This document shows positions 37,066 through 47,867 of a stretch of DNA of 64,000 nt, piece after piece. Every line of letters starts with the position of its first letter. Within the stretch, counting starts at the first letter, position 1. The notes under the pieces were generated by a model. The model was given only the letters and a program-made list of their open reading frames with translations, searched no databases and was not told the origin of the DNA. The stretch is taken from NCBI GenBank assembly GCA_964500435.1, contig CAZCNL010000010.1, positions 1,326-65,325 on the forward strand, written 5' to 3'. The position numbers were made by a program, and so were the translations under genes. Source of the DNA: an uncultured Chloroherpeton sp. (GTDB taxonomy: Bacteria > Bacteroidota > Ignavibacteria > Kapaibacteriales > UBA2268).

Positions 37066-38487
37066 GTGAGAAACTTGATGGATTATACCTCTTTTAGAAA
37101 AAATGTCCTCGATGGTAAGGATACTGTATTAAACCGTACAACCAAATTTATAGATACAATAAAATCTAAATCTTATTTAAATGCATTTATCACCGATAAT
37201 TTTGATTCTGCAAAAGAAAAGGCGATAGAATCTGATAGACGTTTCCAAACCGGAGAGATCCGAAAATTGGAAGGAATGGTAATTGCAATTAAAGATAATA
37301 TTTCTACAAAAGGATTACGAACTACTTGCGGCTCAAAAATTTTAAATAATTTCATTCCTGTTTTTAATGCAACTGTTGTTGAAAAGCTCGAAGCCGCTGG
37401 TGCAATAGTGATTGGAAAAACGAATATGGACGAATTTGCAATGGGATCCTCGAATGAAACTTCATATTTCGGACATGTTCATCATCCATTAAACCAAGAA
37501 TATGTGCCGGGCGGTTCATCAGGTGGAAGTGCTGTTGCTGTAAGTGCGGATATGGCTTTCACAGCTCTTGGTTCTGATACAGGTGGTTCAATCCGCCAAC
37601 CAGCAGCTTTTTGCGGCAATATTGGATTTAAACCAACATATGGCAGCGTTTCTCGTTCGGGACTTGTAGCATTTGCTTCTTCGCTTGACCAAATTGGCAC
37701 ATTCGCTAATTCAATAGAAGACACTGCGGTTTTATTCGATGTAATTTCGGGCATCGACCCAAAAGATTCGACTACTGTTGATTTCCCAAAAAATAATGAT
37801 TTTTCTCTTTTATCTTTTCCTGAGCCATCAAAAGCCAAAATAGCAATTTTATCCGAAAAAGAAATCAAAAATTGCAATGATGATGTTTTAAATATTTATT
37901 ATTCTGTGCTTGATAAATTGAGAAAAGAAAAAATTGCAATTGAAGAAGTCGAATTCGAAAATTTTGACACTTATATTGCAACATATTATATTATTGCAAC
38001 TGCCGAAGCATCCTCAAATTTAGCACGCTTTGATGGTATGCGTTACGGAGAACGTGCAAATTTCGAAGATGGTGACGATTTAATCGTAAAAACACGCTCA
38101 GAAAGTTTTGGCGAAGAAGTTAAGAGGAGAATTATGCTGGGGACTTATGTGCTTTCCTCTGGTTATTACGACGCCTATTATGGCAAAGCACTCAAAGCAA
38201 GAAGATTAATTTATGATAATTATAAAAAGATATTTTCGAAATATAATTTTATATTTTTACCAACAACACCAACGCCAGCATTCAAAATAGGTGAAAAAGT
38301 AGACGACCCAATATCGATGTATTTATCCGATTTGTTTACAACATCTGCGAATTTAGGTAGTGTCCCGGCGATAAGTTTGCCTCTGGGTACTGCATCAAAC
38401 GGTTTCCCTATTGGTATGCAATTGCAAGCCAATCATTTCGACGAATATAATCTTTTTAGTTTTTCGAAATTTTTGTTATCATTATAA
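37066..38487 (+). CDS. gatA: Asp/Glu-tRNA amidotransferase subunit A (start may be ATG 37078)
   Basis: GKTNMDEFAMGSS, PGGSSGGSA, GSDTGGSIRQPA, EVKRRIMLGTYVLSSGYYDAYY. Confidence 0.95.
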   Translation: MRNLMDYTSFRKNVLDGKDTVLNRTTKFIDTIKSKSYLNAFITDNFDSAKEKAIESDRRFQTGEIRKLEGMVIAIKDNISTKGLRTTCGSKILNNFIPVFNATVVEKLEAAGAIVIGKTNMDEFAMGSSNETSYFGHVHHPLNQEYVPGGSSGGSAVAVSADMAFTALGSDTGGSIRQPAAFCGNIGFKPTYGSVSRSGLVAFASSLDQIGTFANSIEDTAVLFDVISGIDPKDSTTVDFPKNNDFSLLSFPEPSKAKIAILSEKEIKNCNDDVLNIYYSVLDKLRKEKIAIEEVEFENFDTYIATYYIIATAEASSNLARFDGMRYGERANFEDGDDLIVKTRSESFGEEVKRRIMLGTYVLSSGYYDAYYGKALKARRLIYDNYKKIFSKYNFIFLPTTPTPAFKIGEKVDDPISMYLSDLFTTSANLGSVPAISLPLGTASNGFPIGMQLQANHFDEYNLFSFSKFLLSL

Positions 38488-38505
38488 TTAAAATCATAAT
38501 TTTTC

Positions 38506-38838
38506 GTGAAAATGGAACAAATTTATTCAATAGAAAAATTGCGAGATGCAATAAAAAATTCACCAATTGTTCTTGTTTATTTCTCGGCGCCATATTGCAA
38601 TGTTTGCAAAGTGTTGAAGCCGAAAATAATCGAGCTTTTCTTTAAATATCAGGAAGTCAAAACGATTTATGTAGATTTGGAGCAATTAAAAGAAGCTTCA
38701 GGCGAATATAGCGTATTTTCTCTTCCCACTATTCTTGTTTTTATTGAAGGTAAAGAATATTTACGAGAAAGCAGAAATATAAGTTTATACGAATTTGAAG
38801 AAAAAGTTCAAAGATATTATTCTTTGTTTTATTCATAA
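38506..38838 (+). CDS. Thioredoxin-family protein
   Basis: YFSAPYCNVCKVLKP (CxxC) and FSLPT. Confidence 0.85.
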   Translation: MKMEQIYSIEKLRDAIKNSPIVLVYFSAPYCNVCKVLKPKIIELFFKYQEVKTIYVDLEQLKEASGEYSVFSLPTILVFIEGKEYLRESRNISLYEFEEKVQRYYSLFYS

Positions 38839-38852
38839 TTTTAAAGTTAAAT

Positions 38853-39842
38853 ATGTTTAACAAATCAAACAAACCAAAAAATAACAAATCTGATTTTGGT
38901 AACTCAGGTAAATCGACCTCACCAAAAAAAGATTTTGGTTATTCAAAAGAAAAATCTCAAAGAAGTGATTCTTCGAGAGGAACAAGCCCTTCTACTTCTT
39001 TTTCGAGATTTTCAAATGATAATAGTAAAAAAGACTTTGTCCCAAGGACTTTACCAAGGAAACCAAAGCCAAAATTTATTCGAGATTTAAAGTCAACAGT
39101 GCGGAATAAGAATCTTGCAGATAATGAAGCAATTAGATTAAATAAATATATCGCTGATTCGGGGTTATGTTCCCGCAGAAAAGCAGATGAGTTAATTTTG
39201 GAGGGTGTAGTCAAAGTTAATGGCGTAACCGTAAATGTCTTGGGTTCGAAAGTAAATCCAGGCGATAAAGTTACAGTACGTGGCAATCCCTTACCAGAGG
39301 TTATCAGAAAAGTATATATTCTATTCAATAAACCGAAAGACGTCATTATTTCTGTTAAAGATGAACGGGATAGGACAACAGTAATGGATATAGTCAAAAG
39401 TAGCGTTCGAATATTCCCTGTTGGAAGATTGGATAGGAACACCACTGGTGCATTACTTTTGACAAATGATGGGGAATTGGCTCATAGGCTGTTGCATCCA
39501 AGCTTTCAAGTCGAACGAACCTACAATGCTTTATTAGATAAAGAATTATTGCCGAAAGATGCCGAAAAAATTTCCAAAGGGGTCGAACTCGAAGACGGTA
39601 TGACTTCCCCTTGCAAGATATACTACGACCCACGTAATCACCATAAAGTCATTTTAACTTTGAAAGAGGGACGTAATCACGAAGTCAAACGTTTGTTTAT
39701 GCACTTTGGTTATAATGTCAAGCAATTAGACCGCAAGGTGTTTGCTGATTTATCGGTTCAAAATATGGAAAGAGGTGAATATCGACATTTAACCCGTGCC
39801 GAAGTGCAACATCTCCGTAAGTTGGTTGGTTTAGATTATTAA
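38853..39842 (+). CDS. rluB: rRNA pseudouridine synthase (RluB/RsuA family) with a charged N-terminal extension
   Basis: S4 domain IRLNKYIA..G.CSRRKAD; FPVGRLDRNTTGALLLTNDG; EGRNHEVKR. Confidence 0.85.
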   Translation: MFNKSNKPKNNKSDFGNSGKSTSPKKDFGYSKEKSQRSDSSRGTSPSTSFSRFSNDNSKKDFVPRTLPRKPKPKFIRDLKSTVRNKNLADNEAIRLNKYIADSGLCSRRKADELILEGVVKVNGVTVNVLGSKVNPGDKVTVRGNPLPEVIRKVYILFNKPKDVIISVKDERDRTTVMDIVKSSVRIFPVGRLDRNTTGALLLTNDGELAHRLLHPSFQVERTYNALLDKELLPKDAEKISKGVELEDGMTSPCKIYYDPRNHHKVILTLKEGRNHEVKRLFMHFGYNVKQLDRKVFADLSVQNMERGEYRHLTRAEVQHLRKLVGLDY

Positions 39843-39963
39843 TTTAGTATTGAATAATTTTACTTTTGATTTGTTAAATAAAAATTAATTTTATTAATTA
39901 ATTATTAATTTGTATATTTGTTTTATTATAAATTAGTATTTTCAATTTTTTTTGGCAATATTT

Positions 39964-40431
39964 ATGAAAATAGTATACAAAGTTCTTATATTTAGCTTAT
40001 TTTTATCAATTAACTCTTTTTCGCAAGATACTAAATTATCCAAATCGACTGCTGAAACAATTGATGAAGTTAGTATTCCGACTGAAGTTAAAGCAAAGTT
40101 GAACAATTTTTTCAACGCTTTGAGTAATAATGAAATTGATAATGCTTTAGATAATTTATTGTTGAATAGCCCATTAAAAGAAAGGAAAGAAGACCTCAGT
40201 GTTTTAAAAGAACAAACAGAACGGGCAATTAGAATTTATGGTAAATTTTCAGGTGCAAAATTCGTAAATGGGCATTTCGCTTCCGAAGTTTATTTACGGT
40301 TGCGTTATATTGGATTATACGAAAAATATCCAATGCGTTGGATATTCACTTATTATAAATCACCAAAACTCGGCTGGATTGTTACTAATATTAAATTAGA
40401 TGATTTGACTGAATTTTATTTAGGTGAATAG
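39964..40431 (+). CDS. Hypothetical secreted protein
   Basis: Signal peptide ending SFS-Q; ATG 39964 preferred. Confidence 0.65.
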   Translation: MKIVYKVLIFSLFLSINSFSQDTKLSKSTAETIDEVSIPTEVKAKLNNFFNALSNNEIDNALDNLLLNSPLKERKEDLSVLKEQTERAIRIYGKFSGAKFVNGHFASEVYLRLRYIGLYEKYPMRWIFTYYKSPKLGWIVTNIKLDDLTEFYLGE

Positions 40432-40446
40432 CTGCTTTTCGACAAA

Positions 40447-41073
40447 TTACAATGTCAAATAACCATCATTTCTCGAAAGAGTCTCTATACCTTCGGCTTT
40501 TTCAATTAAAGGACTTAAAACTTGTAAATGTGTTTTCAACTTCTTCAATCTTGAATTTTCCGAACGCATCTCTAATAATTCTTGCTTTTCTACTAACGAC
40601 AAACCGGATTTTTGGGCGATGAAAAAGGATGGGAGCGGATAAGTACCAATATTATCAATTTGAATTTGAGGAATTTTGAAATTTTTTACTTTGATTGCTA
40701 TTTCATTGTATAGTTCAATAGTTTCATATAGCAAATTTTCGTCGATTTCTTTATCTAAATCTTCGTATTGTTCTATTTCTCCCACCAAATAAGGTTGTTC
40801 GCCATCAATAATATTATTAATCTTGAAACGGTTTTTTCCTGTTACTAATATTTCCAAATTGCCGTTTGTTTTTATATTCATTATATCTGTTACAAAGGTC
40901 ATACAACCTATGCTGGACATCTTCTTGGGAGTTAATAATGTTATTCCAAACGATTTTTGTTCCTCCCAACATTCGTTTATCAACTTCTTATAACGTTCTT
41001 CGAATATATAAAGTGGATATGATGAACCTGGAAATAACACTATACCTAATGGGAAAAGTCCAATTTTATTCAT
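40447..41073 (-). CDS. LON peptidase substrate-binding (N-terminal) domain protein
   Basis: LFPLGIVLFPG...L.IFEERYK.LI.EC. Confidence 0.85.
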   Translation of the reverse strand: MNKIGLFPLGIVLFPGSSYPLYIFEERYKKLINECWEEQKSFGITLLTPKKMSSIGCMTFVTDIMNIKTNGNLEILVTGKNRFKINNIIDGEQPYLVGEIEQYEDLDKEIDENLLYETIELYNEIAIKVKNFKIPQIQIDNIGTYPLPSFFIAQKSGLSLVEKQELLEMRSENSRLKKLKTHLQVLSPLIEKAEGIETLSRNDGYLTL

Positions 41074-41262
41074 ACTTTTTTATTTTTGTATTTATATATA
41101 AATAAACTTTATTGCTGTAAATATGTATTTTTTAAAACGAAATTTTTTGATTTTAATTGATTTTAATTATTTAAAAAAACTTATTTTCGTTTATTTCGTA
41201 TTATTATTTCATACAATTTACAATTTTTAAAATTTCTAACAAATAATTAATAGGTATTATTA

Positions 41263-43323
41263 ATGAGAAAAGTGATTTTATTATTATTTTTTGGATTTCT
41301 TGCAACAAATTCGAAGACTTTTGCAGATGAAGGAATGTGGACTTTCAACAATGTTCCTACAAAAGAAATCAAAGAAAAATACGGATTCGAAATTACAAAA
41401 GAGTGGTTGGACCACGTGAGACTTTCCAGCGTGCGTTTTATGGATGGTGGCTCTGGTTCGTTCGTTTCGCCTAATGGACTGGTTATTACAAATCATCACG
41501 TTGGAGTTGGACAAATTCAAAAACTTTCTACTCCCGAGCATAATTATGTTAAAAATGGTTTTTATGCTAAAAACCAAAGCGAAGAGCTCAAATGTGCCGA
41601 TTTGGAATTAAACGTGCTTGTGAATATGACTGATGTAACTGCACAAGTCAAAGATGCTGTCAAACCAAATATGAACAAAAAAGAATCGCTCGAAGCAAAA
41701 CAAAAAGCAATCGACAAAATCGAAAAAGAAAATTTTGAAAAAAGCGGTCTTCGCTCTGATGTAGTATCTTTTTACAACGGAGCAGAATATTGGCTTTTGC
41801 AATATAAAAAATACACTGATGTGCGTTTAGTTTTCGCTCCAGAACGTCAAATGGCTTATTATGGCGGTGATTATGATAATTTTACTTATCCTCGTTATGA
41901 TTTAGATTTTTGTCTGTTCCGAATTTACGAAAATGACAAACCTCTTCAAACTCAAAATTACTTGAAATTTAACACTAATGGAATAAAGGAAAATGATTTA
42001 GTTTTTATGAGCGGGAATCCCGGTCATACCGACAGACTTAAAACTCTTGCTCAACTCAAATTTTCTCGTGATGTTTCGATTTCTCTTCGTTTGAAATCTA
42101 TCGATAATATGCTCGAAACTCTACAACGTTACTCAAACGAAGGTGAAGAGCAAGCAAGACGTGCTTTGATGTATCAATTCGGTCTCGAAAATAGCAAAAA
42201 AGCTTTAACTGGTCAACTTAATGGTTTGAAAGATCCCGAACTTTTATCAATTAAAGAAAAAGAAGAAAAAGAGTTTATCGACAAAATCAAAGAAAATCCC
42301 GAATATGTTAAAAAATATCTGCCCGCTTTCGATCAAATTGAAAAATTGCTCGCACAATATAAAGATTATTCGATAAAACAAAATTATCGCAACTTCGGTT
42401 CACGATTGTTTGGTTATGCTTTAAGTATAGTAAGATATATCGAAGAAAGCAGGAAAAAGCCCGAAGACAGATTGCCCGGTTATAACGATGCCGCATTACC
42501 AGGTATGAAATTCCGTTTACTATCACCCGCCCCAATTTATAAAGATTTAGATAAAGCGCTCGCTTGGGGAACTGTAAAATATGGAATAGGTAATATTGGC
42601 ATTGAAGATGAATATTGGCGTCAAATATTCGAAGGGATGGACCCGAAAGCAACTGTCTTTGATTTAATCGATAAAACTCAACTCGATAATGTTGAATTTA
42701 GGAAAAAACTTATAGAAGGTGGGCTTGCTGAACTTACCAAATCAGAAGACCCGCTCATTAAATTAGCTTTAAAAATTAATCCTTATTTGGAAAAACAAGA
42801 TAAAGAATATCGTGATAATTTCGAAAGCGTTCTCGACGATGCACAAGAAAAAATCGCCGAAGCTCGCTTTTTAATTTATGGACATAATAAATATCCTGAT
42901 GCGAACTTTACTCTTCGGCTTACTTATGGACAAGTTAAAGGATATCCAATGAACGGAACAATTGCCCCACCATTTACGACGCTTTATGGTCTTTTCGACC
43001 GCAGTTTAGGCTTCGGAAATAAAGGCGATTTTGAAGTAGTTCCAAGATATTGGGAACGTAAAAATAAATTAGATTTGGCAACACCTTGCAATTTTGTTTC
43101 TACTTGCGATATTATTGGGGGTAATTCAGGTTCACCTACTATTAATAAAAACGGTGAATTCGTAGGAATAGTTTTCGATGGAAATATAGAAAGTTTGCCC
43201 GGCAGCTTCGTTTATGATATCCGCAATAACAGAGCTGTGAGCTTGCATGCAAATTATATTATTACTGCTTTAAGACAATTATACGATGCAAATAATATCG
43301 CTGATGAATTAGAAGGTAAATAA
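41263..43323 (+). CDS. S46 dipeptidyl peptidase, DPP7-like
   Basis: ADEGMW, TNHH, GNPG.T.R, DIIGGNSGSP; FDGN (Gly, as in DPP7, not the Arg of DPP11). Confidence 0.9.
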   Translation: MRKVILLLFFGFLATNSKTFADEGMWTFNNVPTKEIKEKYGFEITKEWLDHVRLSSVRFMDGGSGSFVSPNGLVITNHHVGVGQIQKLSTPEHNYVKNGFYAKNQSEELKCADLELNVLVNMTDVTAQVKDAVKPNMNKKESLEAKQKAIDKIEKENFEKSGLRSDVVSFYNGAEYWLLQYKKYTDVRLVFAPERQMAYYGGDYDNFTYPRYDLDFCLFRIYENDKPLQTQNYLKFNTNGIKENDLVFMSGNPGHTDRLKTLAQLKFSRDVSISLRLKSIDNMLETLQRYSNEGEEQARRALMYQFGLENSKKALTGQLNGLKDPELLSIKEKEEKEFIDKIKENPEYVKKYLPAFDQIEKLLAQYKDYSIKQNYRNFGSRLFGYALSIVRYIEESRKKPEDRLPGYNDAALPGMKFRLLSPAPIYKDLDKALAWGTVKYGIGNIGIEDEYWRQIFEGMDPKATVFDLIDKTQLDNVEFRKKLIEGGLAELTKSEDPLIKLALKINPYLEKQDKEYRDNFESVLDDAQEKIAEARFLIYGHNKYPDANFTLRLTYGQVKGYPMNGTIAPPFTTLYGLFDRSLGFGNKGDFEVVPRYWERKNKLDLATPCNFVSTCDIIGGNSGSPTINKNGEFVGIVFDGNIESLPGSFVYDIRNNRAVSLHANYIITALRQLYDANNIADELEGK

Positions 43324-43348
43324 TTTTATAAAGTTAGTATTCACTCAG

Positions 43349-43388
43349 AAATCACCTCTAACTTCCAGAGTTAGAGGTGATTTTTTTT
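43349..43388 (+). terminator. Intrinsic terminator of the S46 gene
   Basis: AATCACCTCTAACT-tccag-AGTTAGAGGTGATT then a T-run. Confidence 0.85.
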
Positions 43389-43474
43389 GATTTAAAACAG
43401 AGCGATTATAATTTATTTAGTATCTATAGAGTTTCAAAAAGTTGAAATGGATGAATTTAATATTCAATTAATAT

Positions 43475-43505
43475 AAAAAAACCTCCACAATGGGGTAGTG
43501 GAGGT
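43475..43505 (-). terminator. Intrinsic terminator of asnS
   Basis: ACCTCCAC...GTGGAGGT stem with a U-tract on the minus strand. Confidence 0.65.
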
Positions 43506-43546
43506 CGTTCTCTTTTTTTTAATAAAGATTAAAAAAAAGAGAAAAT

Positions 43547-44899
43547 TTAAGGATAAATTCGATAAATCATTCTTGGGAAAGGAATAACTTCACGAATGTG
43601 TGAAGCGCCGGTAATCCATTTAACAGTACGTTCGACACCGAGACCGAAACCACTATGAGGAACAGAGCCGAAACGACGTAAATCTAAATACCACTGATAA
43701 TCTTCTTCTGGTAAATTTTCCTTTCTAATTCTTTCTAAAAGCAATTCTTCGCTGTCTTCACGTTGGCTGCCGCCGATAATTTCACCACCTTTTTCAGGAG
43801 CAAGCATATCCATAGCGAGCACGACTTTTTCATTATTTGGGTCACGTTTCATATAAAAGGCTTTAACATCGGACGGGTAGCGGTGGATGATGCAAGGTTT
43901 ATCGAATTGTTCCATTAAAGCTTCTTCTTGTGGGGCGCCAAAATCTTCACCCCAAGGGAAAGGTAAAATATCAACATCTTTTCCGTCAATTTTTTTCTTA
44001 AGGGGAATATTATGTTTTTGTAGCCAGTCAACTGCTTCGTCATAACTTAAACGATAAAAAGGACGTTTAATATTTTCGAGTTTGGTAATATCACGTTCCA
44101 GTACGTTAAGTTCTCGGATATTATTTTTGAGTACGTATTGTACAATGTATTCAACTAAATCTTCGGCTAAATCCATATCGTCGTTTAAATCGAAGAAAGC
44201 CATTTCAGGTTCAACCATCCAAAATTCGGTTAAATGTTTACGTGTTTTCGAAAGTTCTGCACGGAAAGCGGGACCGAAGGTATAAACTCTGCCGAGTGCC
44301 ATAGCGGAAGCTTCGGCATATAATTGCCCGGATTGCGAAAGGTAAGCACTTCCCAAATCGAAATATTTAGTCTCGAACAAAGTCGAAGTACCTTCGCAAG
44401 CGCTTGGCGTAAGCATTGGAGAATCCATTTGTTTGAAGCCATTGCCATCGAAGAAATCTTTAATTGCTTTAATAACAGAAGCACGTACTCGCATAATTGC
44501 GTGTTGGCGGGAAGAACGTAACCATAGATGCCTGTGTTCCATCAAAAAAGCATCGCCGTGTTCTTTCGGAGTAATAGGATAATCAACGGCACGACTATAA
44601 ATTTTCAATTCGTTAACATCGATTTCATAACCACCTGGTGCTCGTTCTTCGAGTTTAACTGTTCCTTTTATATAAATTGATGATTCTTGAGTTAGTGATT
44701 TCGCTTCAGCAAAAGCTTGCTCAGCAACATTATTTTTAAAGACTACACATTGGACAATGCCTGTGCCATCCCTCAAAATAATAAAAACTAATTTGCCTTT
44801 TTCGGTTTTATTTGCAACCCAACCACGCAATTCGACTTCCTTTCCTACGTAGTTATGGAGCAATTCAATATACTGATAACTTTTGTAACGTGATTCCAT
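43547..44899 (-). CDS. asnS: Asparagine--tRNA ligase
   Basis: YLSQSGQLYAE, FRAE.S.TRKHLTEFWMVEPE, GEIIGGSQRE, PHSGFGLGVER. Confidence 0.92.
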   Translation of the reverse strand: MESRYKSYQYIELLHNYVGKEVELRGWVANKTEKGKLVFIILRDGTGIVQCVVFKNNVAEQAFAEAKSLTQESSIYIKGTVKLEERAPGGYEIDVNELKIYSRAVDYPITPKEHGDAFLMEHRHLWLRSSRQHAIMRVRASVIKAIKDFFDGNGFKQMDSPMLTPSACEGTSTLFETKYFDLGSAYLSQSGQLYAEASAMALGRVYTFGPAFRAELSKTRKHLTEFWMVEPEMAFFDLNDDMDLAEDLVEYIVQYVLKNNIRELNVLERDITKLENIKRPFYRLSYDEAVDWLQKHNIPLKKKIDGKDVDILPFPWGEDFGAPQEEALMEQFDKPCIIHRYPSDVKAFYMKRDPNNEKVVLAMDMLAPEKGGEIIGGSQREDSEELLLERIRKENLPEEDYQWYLDLRRFGSVPHSGFGLGVERTVKWITGASHIREVIPFPRMIYRIYP

Positions 44900-44948
44900 A
44901 ATAATATGATTTTATTTAATTTAAAATTATTAATGCAAAATTACACAA

Positions 44949-45944
44949 TTAATAGTTGCCATTTCTTTTAATTGTTGCTAACAAATCGTTAATTTCAATC
45001 GATACAACACCGGGTTTTTCGCAAACAGTACCAGATGCAAAATTAGCAATGGAGGCGGCTTCAATCACGTTGGCGCCACCGATAATTGCTGCAGTGTATG
45101 AAGCAATTGCTGTATCGCCTGCACCTGAAACATCGGATACTTGCCTTGCTCGTGTCGGCACAGAAAAAATATTGCCATCTTCTTGGAAAAGCATCATTCC
45201 TTCACTTCCGAGGGTAATCAATAAATTTTTGCATTGCAAACTTTCAAGTAATATTAGACCTGCTTGCTTGACATTTTCTTTTGTATCAATTTTTTTTCCA
45301 AGAGCTTGAGAGGCTTCTTTTTTATTTGGTTTGAATAAATCAACACCTTTGTAATAAAAGAAGTTATCTTGCTTTGGGTCAACAGTAACTAAAATATTTT
45401 TCTCTTTGGCAAAAGCTATAATATTTTCGATGAATTCTTTAGAAAGAACACCTTTATCATAATCTTCGAAAATAATAGCTTGCAAATTGTTAATAGATTT
45501 CAAAAAATTTTCAAAAAAAGTTTGAGCATCAGTACCAATTTTGGCACGAGTTTCTTTATCTATTCGAGCAACGTGTTGATTATTAGCAATAATTCTTGTT
45601 TTTACGGTAGTGGAACGGGATTTATCAATAAAAAGTCCATCACTATTTAATCCCGAATTTTTTGCTAAAGTTATAAATTCTTGTGCGGCAAAATCGTTAC
45701 CTAAGACACCGAGCAAAATTGGTTGCAGTCCGAGAGATTTCAAATTGCTTGCGACATTAGCTGCACCGCCAAGATGGTAAGTTTCTTCGTTTAATTCGAC
45801 CACGGGAACAGGAGCTTCGGGGCTAATTCTGTTGACATTACCCCAATAAAATCTATCGAGCATAACATCGCCAATAACAGCAACTTTGGCATTTTCTGCT
45901 TTAGAAAGAATTTCCGTAACTCTATCAATATTAAGCGATAGCAT
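44949..45944 (-). CDS. hldA: D-glycero-beta-D-manno-heptose-7-phosphate kinase (RfaE domain I, stand-alone)
   Basis: GDVMLDRF..G.V.RISPEAPVPV, LGGAANVA, DVSGAGDT. Confidence 0.85.
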   Translation of the reverse strand: MLSLNIDRVTEILSKAENAKVAVIGDVMLDRFYWGNVNRISPEAPVPVVELNEETYHLGGAANVASNLKSLGLQPILLGVLGNDFAAQEFITLAKNSGLNSDGLFIDKSRSTTVKTRIIANNQHVARIDKETRAKIGTDAQTFFENFLKSINNLQAIIFEDYDKGVLSKEFIENIIAFAKEKNILVTVDPKQDNFFYYKGVDLFKPNKKEASQALGKKIDTKENVKQAGLILLESLQCKNLLITLGSEGMMLFQEDGNIFSVPTRARQVSDVSGAGDTAIASYTAAIIGGANVIEAASIANFASGTVCEKPGVVSIEINDLLATIKRNGNY

Positions 45945-45946
45945 TG

Positions 45947-46939
45947 TTACACCTTAGTTTCAGCGACGATTTGTTCGATAATTTTATTTGTGTTCATATT
46001 TTCAGCTTCGGCATTGAAATTAGTAACAATTCTATGACGCATAACAGGTACGGCAACTGCTTTGATATCTTCGATGTCAGGAGTATATTTACCGAGCAAA
46101 GCAGCACGAGATTTAGCACCTAAAATTAAATATTGAGATGCTCTTGGACCTGCACCATAACTAATGAAATCTTTAACAAATTTTAAAGTAGTTGTTTCTG
46201 GGCGACTTGCTCTAACGAGGCTCACGGCATATTTTATGACATTATCAGCAATCGGGATTCTACGAACTAAATTTTGGAACTCGATTATTTGCTCTGCATT
46301 TAAAACTTTTTCCACAGATGGAACAAACTCAGTTGTTGTGCTACGAACAATTTCGATTTCTTCTTGCAACGAAGGATAATCGAGCCAAATATTAAACATA
46401 AATCTATCTAATTGAGCTTCGGGCAAAGGATAAGTTCCTTCTTGCTCAATTGGGTTTTGAGTAGAAAGTACAAAGAAAGGTTGTTCAAGTTTGTATGTAT
46501 TTCCTGCTGCAGTAACTTCTTTTTCTTCCATAGCTTGCAACAAGGATGATTGAGTTTTTGGTGGAGTACGGTTAATTTCATCTGCTAATATAATATTGGC
46601 AAAGATTGGTCCTTTGATGAATTTGAAATGTTTTTCTTTGGTCGAAATATTTTCTTCGATAACTTCGGTTCCAGTAATATCGCCAGGCATCAAATCAGGA
46701 GTGAATTGAATTCTGCTGAATTTTAAATCTAATGCTTGCGAAAGTGTTCTAATCAGCAAAGTTTTCGCAAGTCCAGGTACACCAATTAAAAGCACGTGAC
46801 CTTTTGCGAAAATAGAAATTAACAATTGTTCAATAATTTCATCTTGACCAATTATCACTTTGCTAATTTCTTTTCTAATTGTTTTTATAGATTCGGATAA
46901 CTCTTTTAATCCTTGAACGTCATCGACTATTTTACTCAT
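45947..46939 (-). CDS. MoxR-family AAA+ ATPase
   Basis: GVPGLAKT, RIQFTPDLMPGDITG, LADEINRTPPKTQS, NPIEQEGTYPLPEAQLDRF. Confidence 0.92.
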   Translation of the reverse strand: MSKIVDDVQGLKELSESIKTIRKEISKVIIGQDEIIEQLLISIFAKGHVLLIGVPGLAKTLLIRTLSQALDLKFSRIQFTPDLMPGDITGTEVIEENISTKEKHFKFIKGPIFANIILADEINRTPPKTQSSLLQAMEEKEVTAAGNTYKLEQPFFVLSTQNPIEQEGTYPLPEAQLDRFMFNIWLDYPSLQEEIEIVRSTTTEFVPSVEKVLNAEQIIEFQNLVRRIPIADNVIKYAVSLVRASRPETTTLKFVKDFISYGAGPRASQYLILGAKSRAALLGKYTPDIEDIKAVAVPVMRHRIVTNFNAEAENMNTNKIIEQIVAETKV

Positions 46940-47074
46940 TGTTTATTCTTTTTTTCATAAAAATTATTTGACGTTAATAAAAGTAAAAAATTTGAGATAA
47001 TTTATAAATTAAATAAAAATTATAAATTTAACATAGGTTAAGCACGTGTTGTGTTAAAAAATGGAGGTAAAATA

Positions 47075-47743
47075 TTAAACTAAATTGTAAATAATTTGTT
47101 TTTTTGTATCGAGTTTTTGTTGTTTAGCGTATGTTTCTTCGACCTTCGATTGATAATAATTTTGCTCATCGTCATTGATTTTCAGCGACGGATAAGGATT
47201 TATTGGCTTATTAGGAGGAGAATATTTAGTTTGTTCGGGGTTTGATTGAGTTTCGTTTGGATTTTTCTGTTGTATATTTACATTAGAATTTTTAGTTGGA
47301 GTACTGACAATATTTTTAGACATTTCAATTGCGGCATTCATTTCTATATTGCGAGCAGTCGATGCCACCGCTTTATCTTGAGGCGAAGGGTCAGCAGGTG
47401 CTAATGCTGCAGCAACAACACGTTCCATCTTTTGAATTGTTTCTTGTGGTTTTCCCGGTACGGGGCTAATGTCTATTTTAACTTCACCAGCGACAGCATA
47501 TAGTTTGCCATCAGGACCTGTAGTATATTCAAACGAAGCACCACCACGCACTAAACCTGCACCAGCGGCTAAATGTGCTTGCTCATGTGCTTTTACTTTT
47601 TGGTCTATTTTTTGTAATTCTTGAATCTGTTTTTCTTCGGAGGCTGATAATTTATTTGTTGAAAATTGTGGTTTTGCATTACCTTTTCCAATATATTTGG
47701 AATACGGAGTATAACCATTAATATTTGAAATGGTTGTTCCCAC
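47075..47743 (-). CDS. SprA-related family protein (putative metalloprotease)
   Basis: D..V.AHEQAH.AAG...GG.SF.Y..GPDGK.YAV.GEV.ID; AALAPADPS.QD. Confidence 0.85.
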   Translation of the reverse strand: MGTTISNINGYTPYSKYIGKGNAKPQFSTNKLSASEEKQIQELQKIDQKVKAHEQAHLAAGAGLVRGGASFEYTTGPDGKLYAVAGEVKIDISPVPGKPQETIQKMERVVAAALAPADPSPQDKAVASTARNIEMNAAIEMSKNIVSTPTKNSNVNIQQKNPNETQSNPEQTKYSPPNKPINPYPSLKINDDEQNYYQSKVEETYAKQQKLDTKKQIIYNLV

Positions 47744-47867
47744 AACTCAACTCACTTATGTGGTAAATATTTATCCAAATTTACAAAATTTAGATTAAAT
47801 AACGATAAATTTTTTTAAATATTATTAAAAATATTAAAGAATTAGTAAATACAGTGAAGGTAAGTAT

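Noticed and set aside
37066-44899. Co-occurrence of gatA and asnS as a redundancy
   Set aside because: Common; GatCAB can serve Gln-tRNA formation
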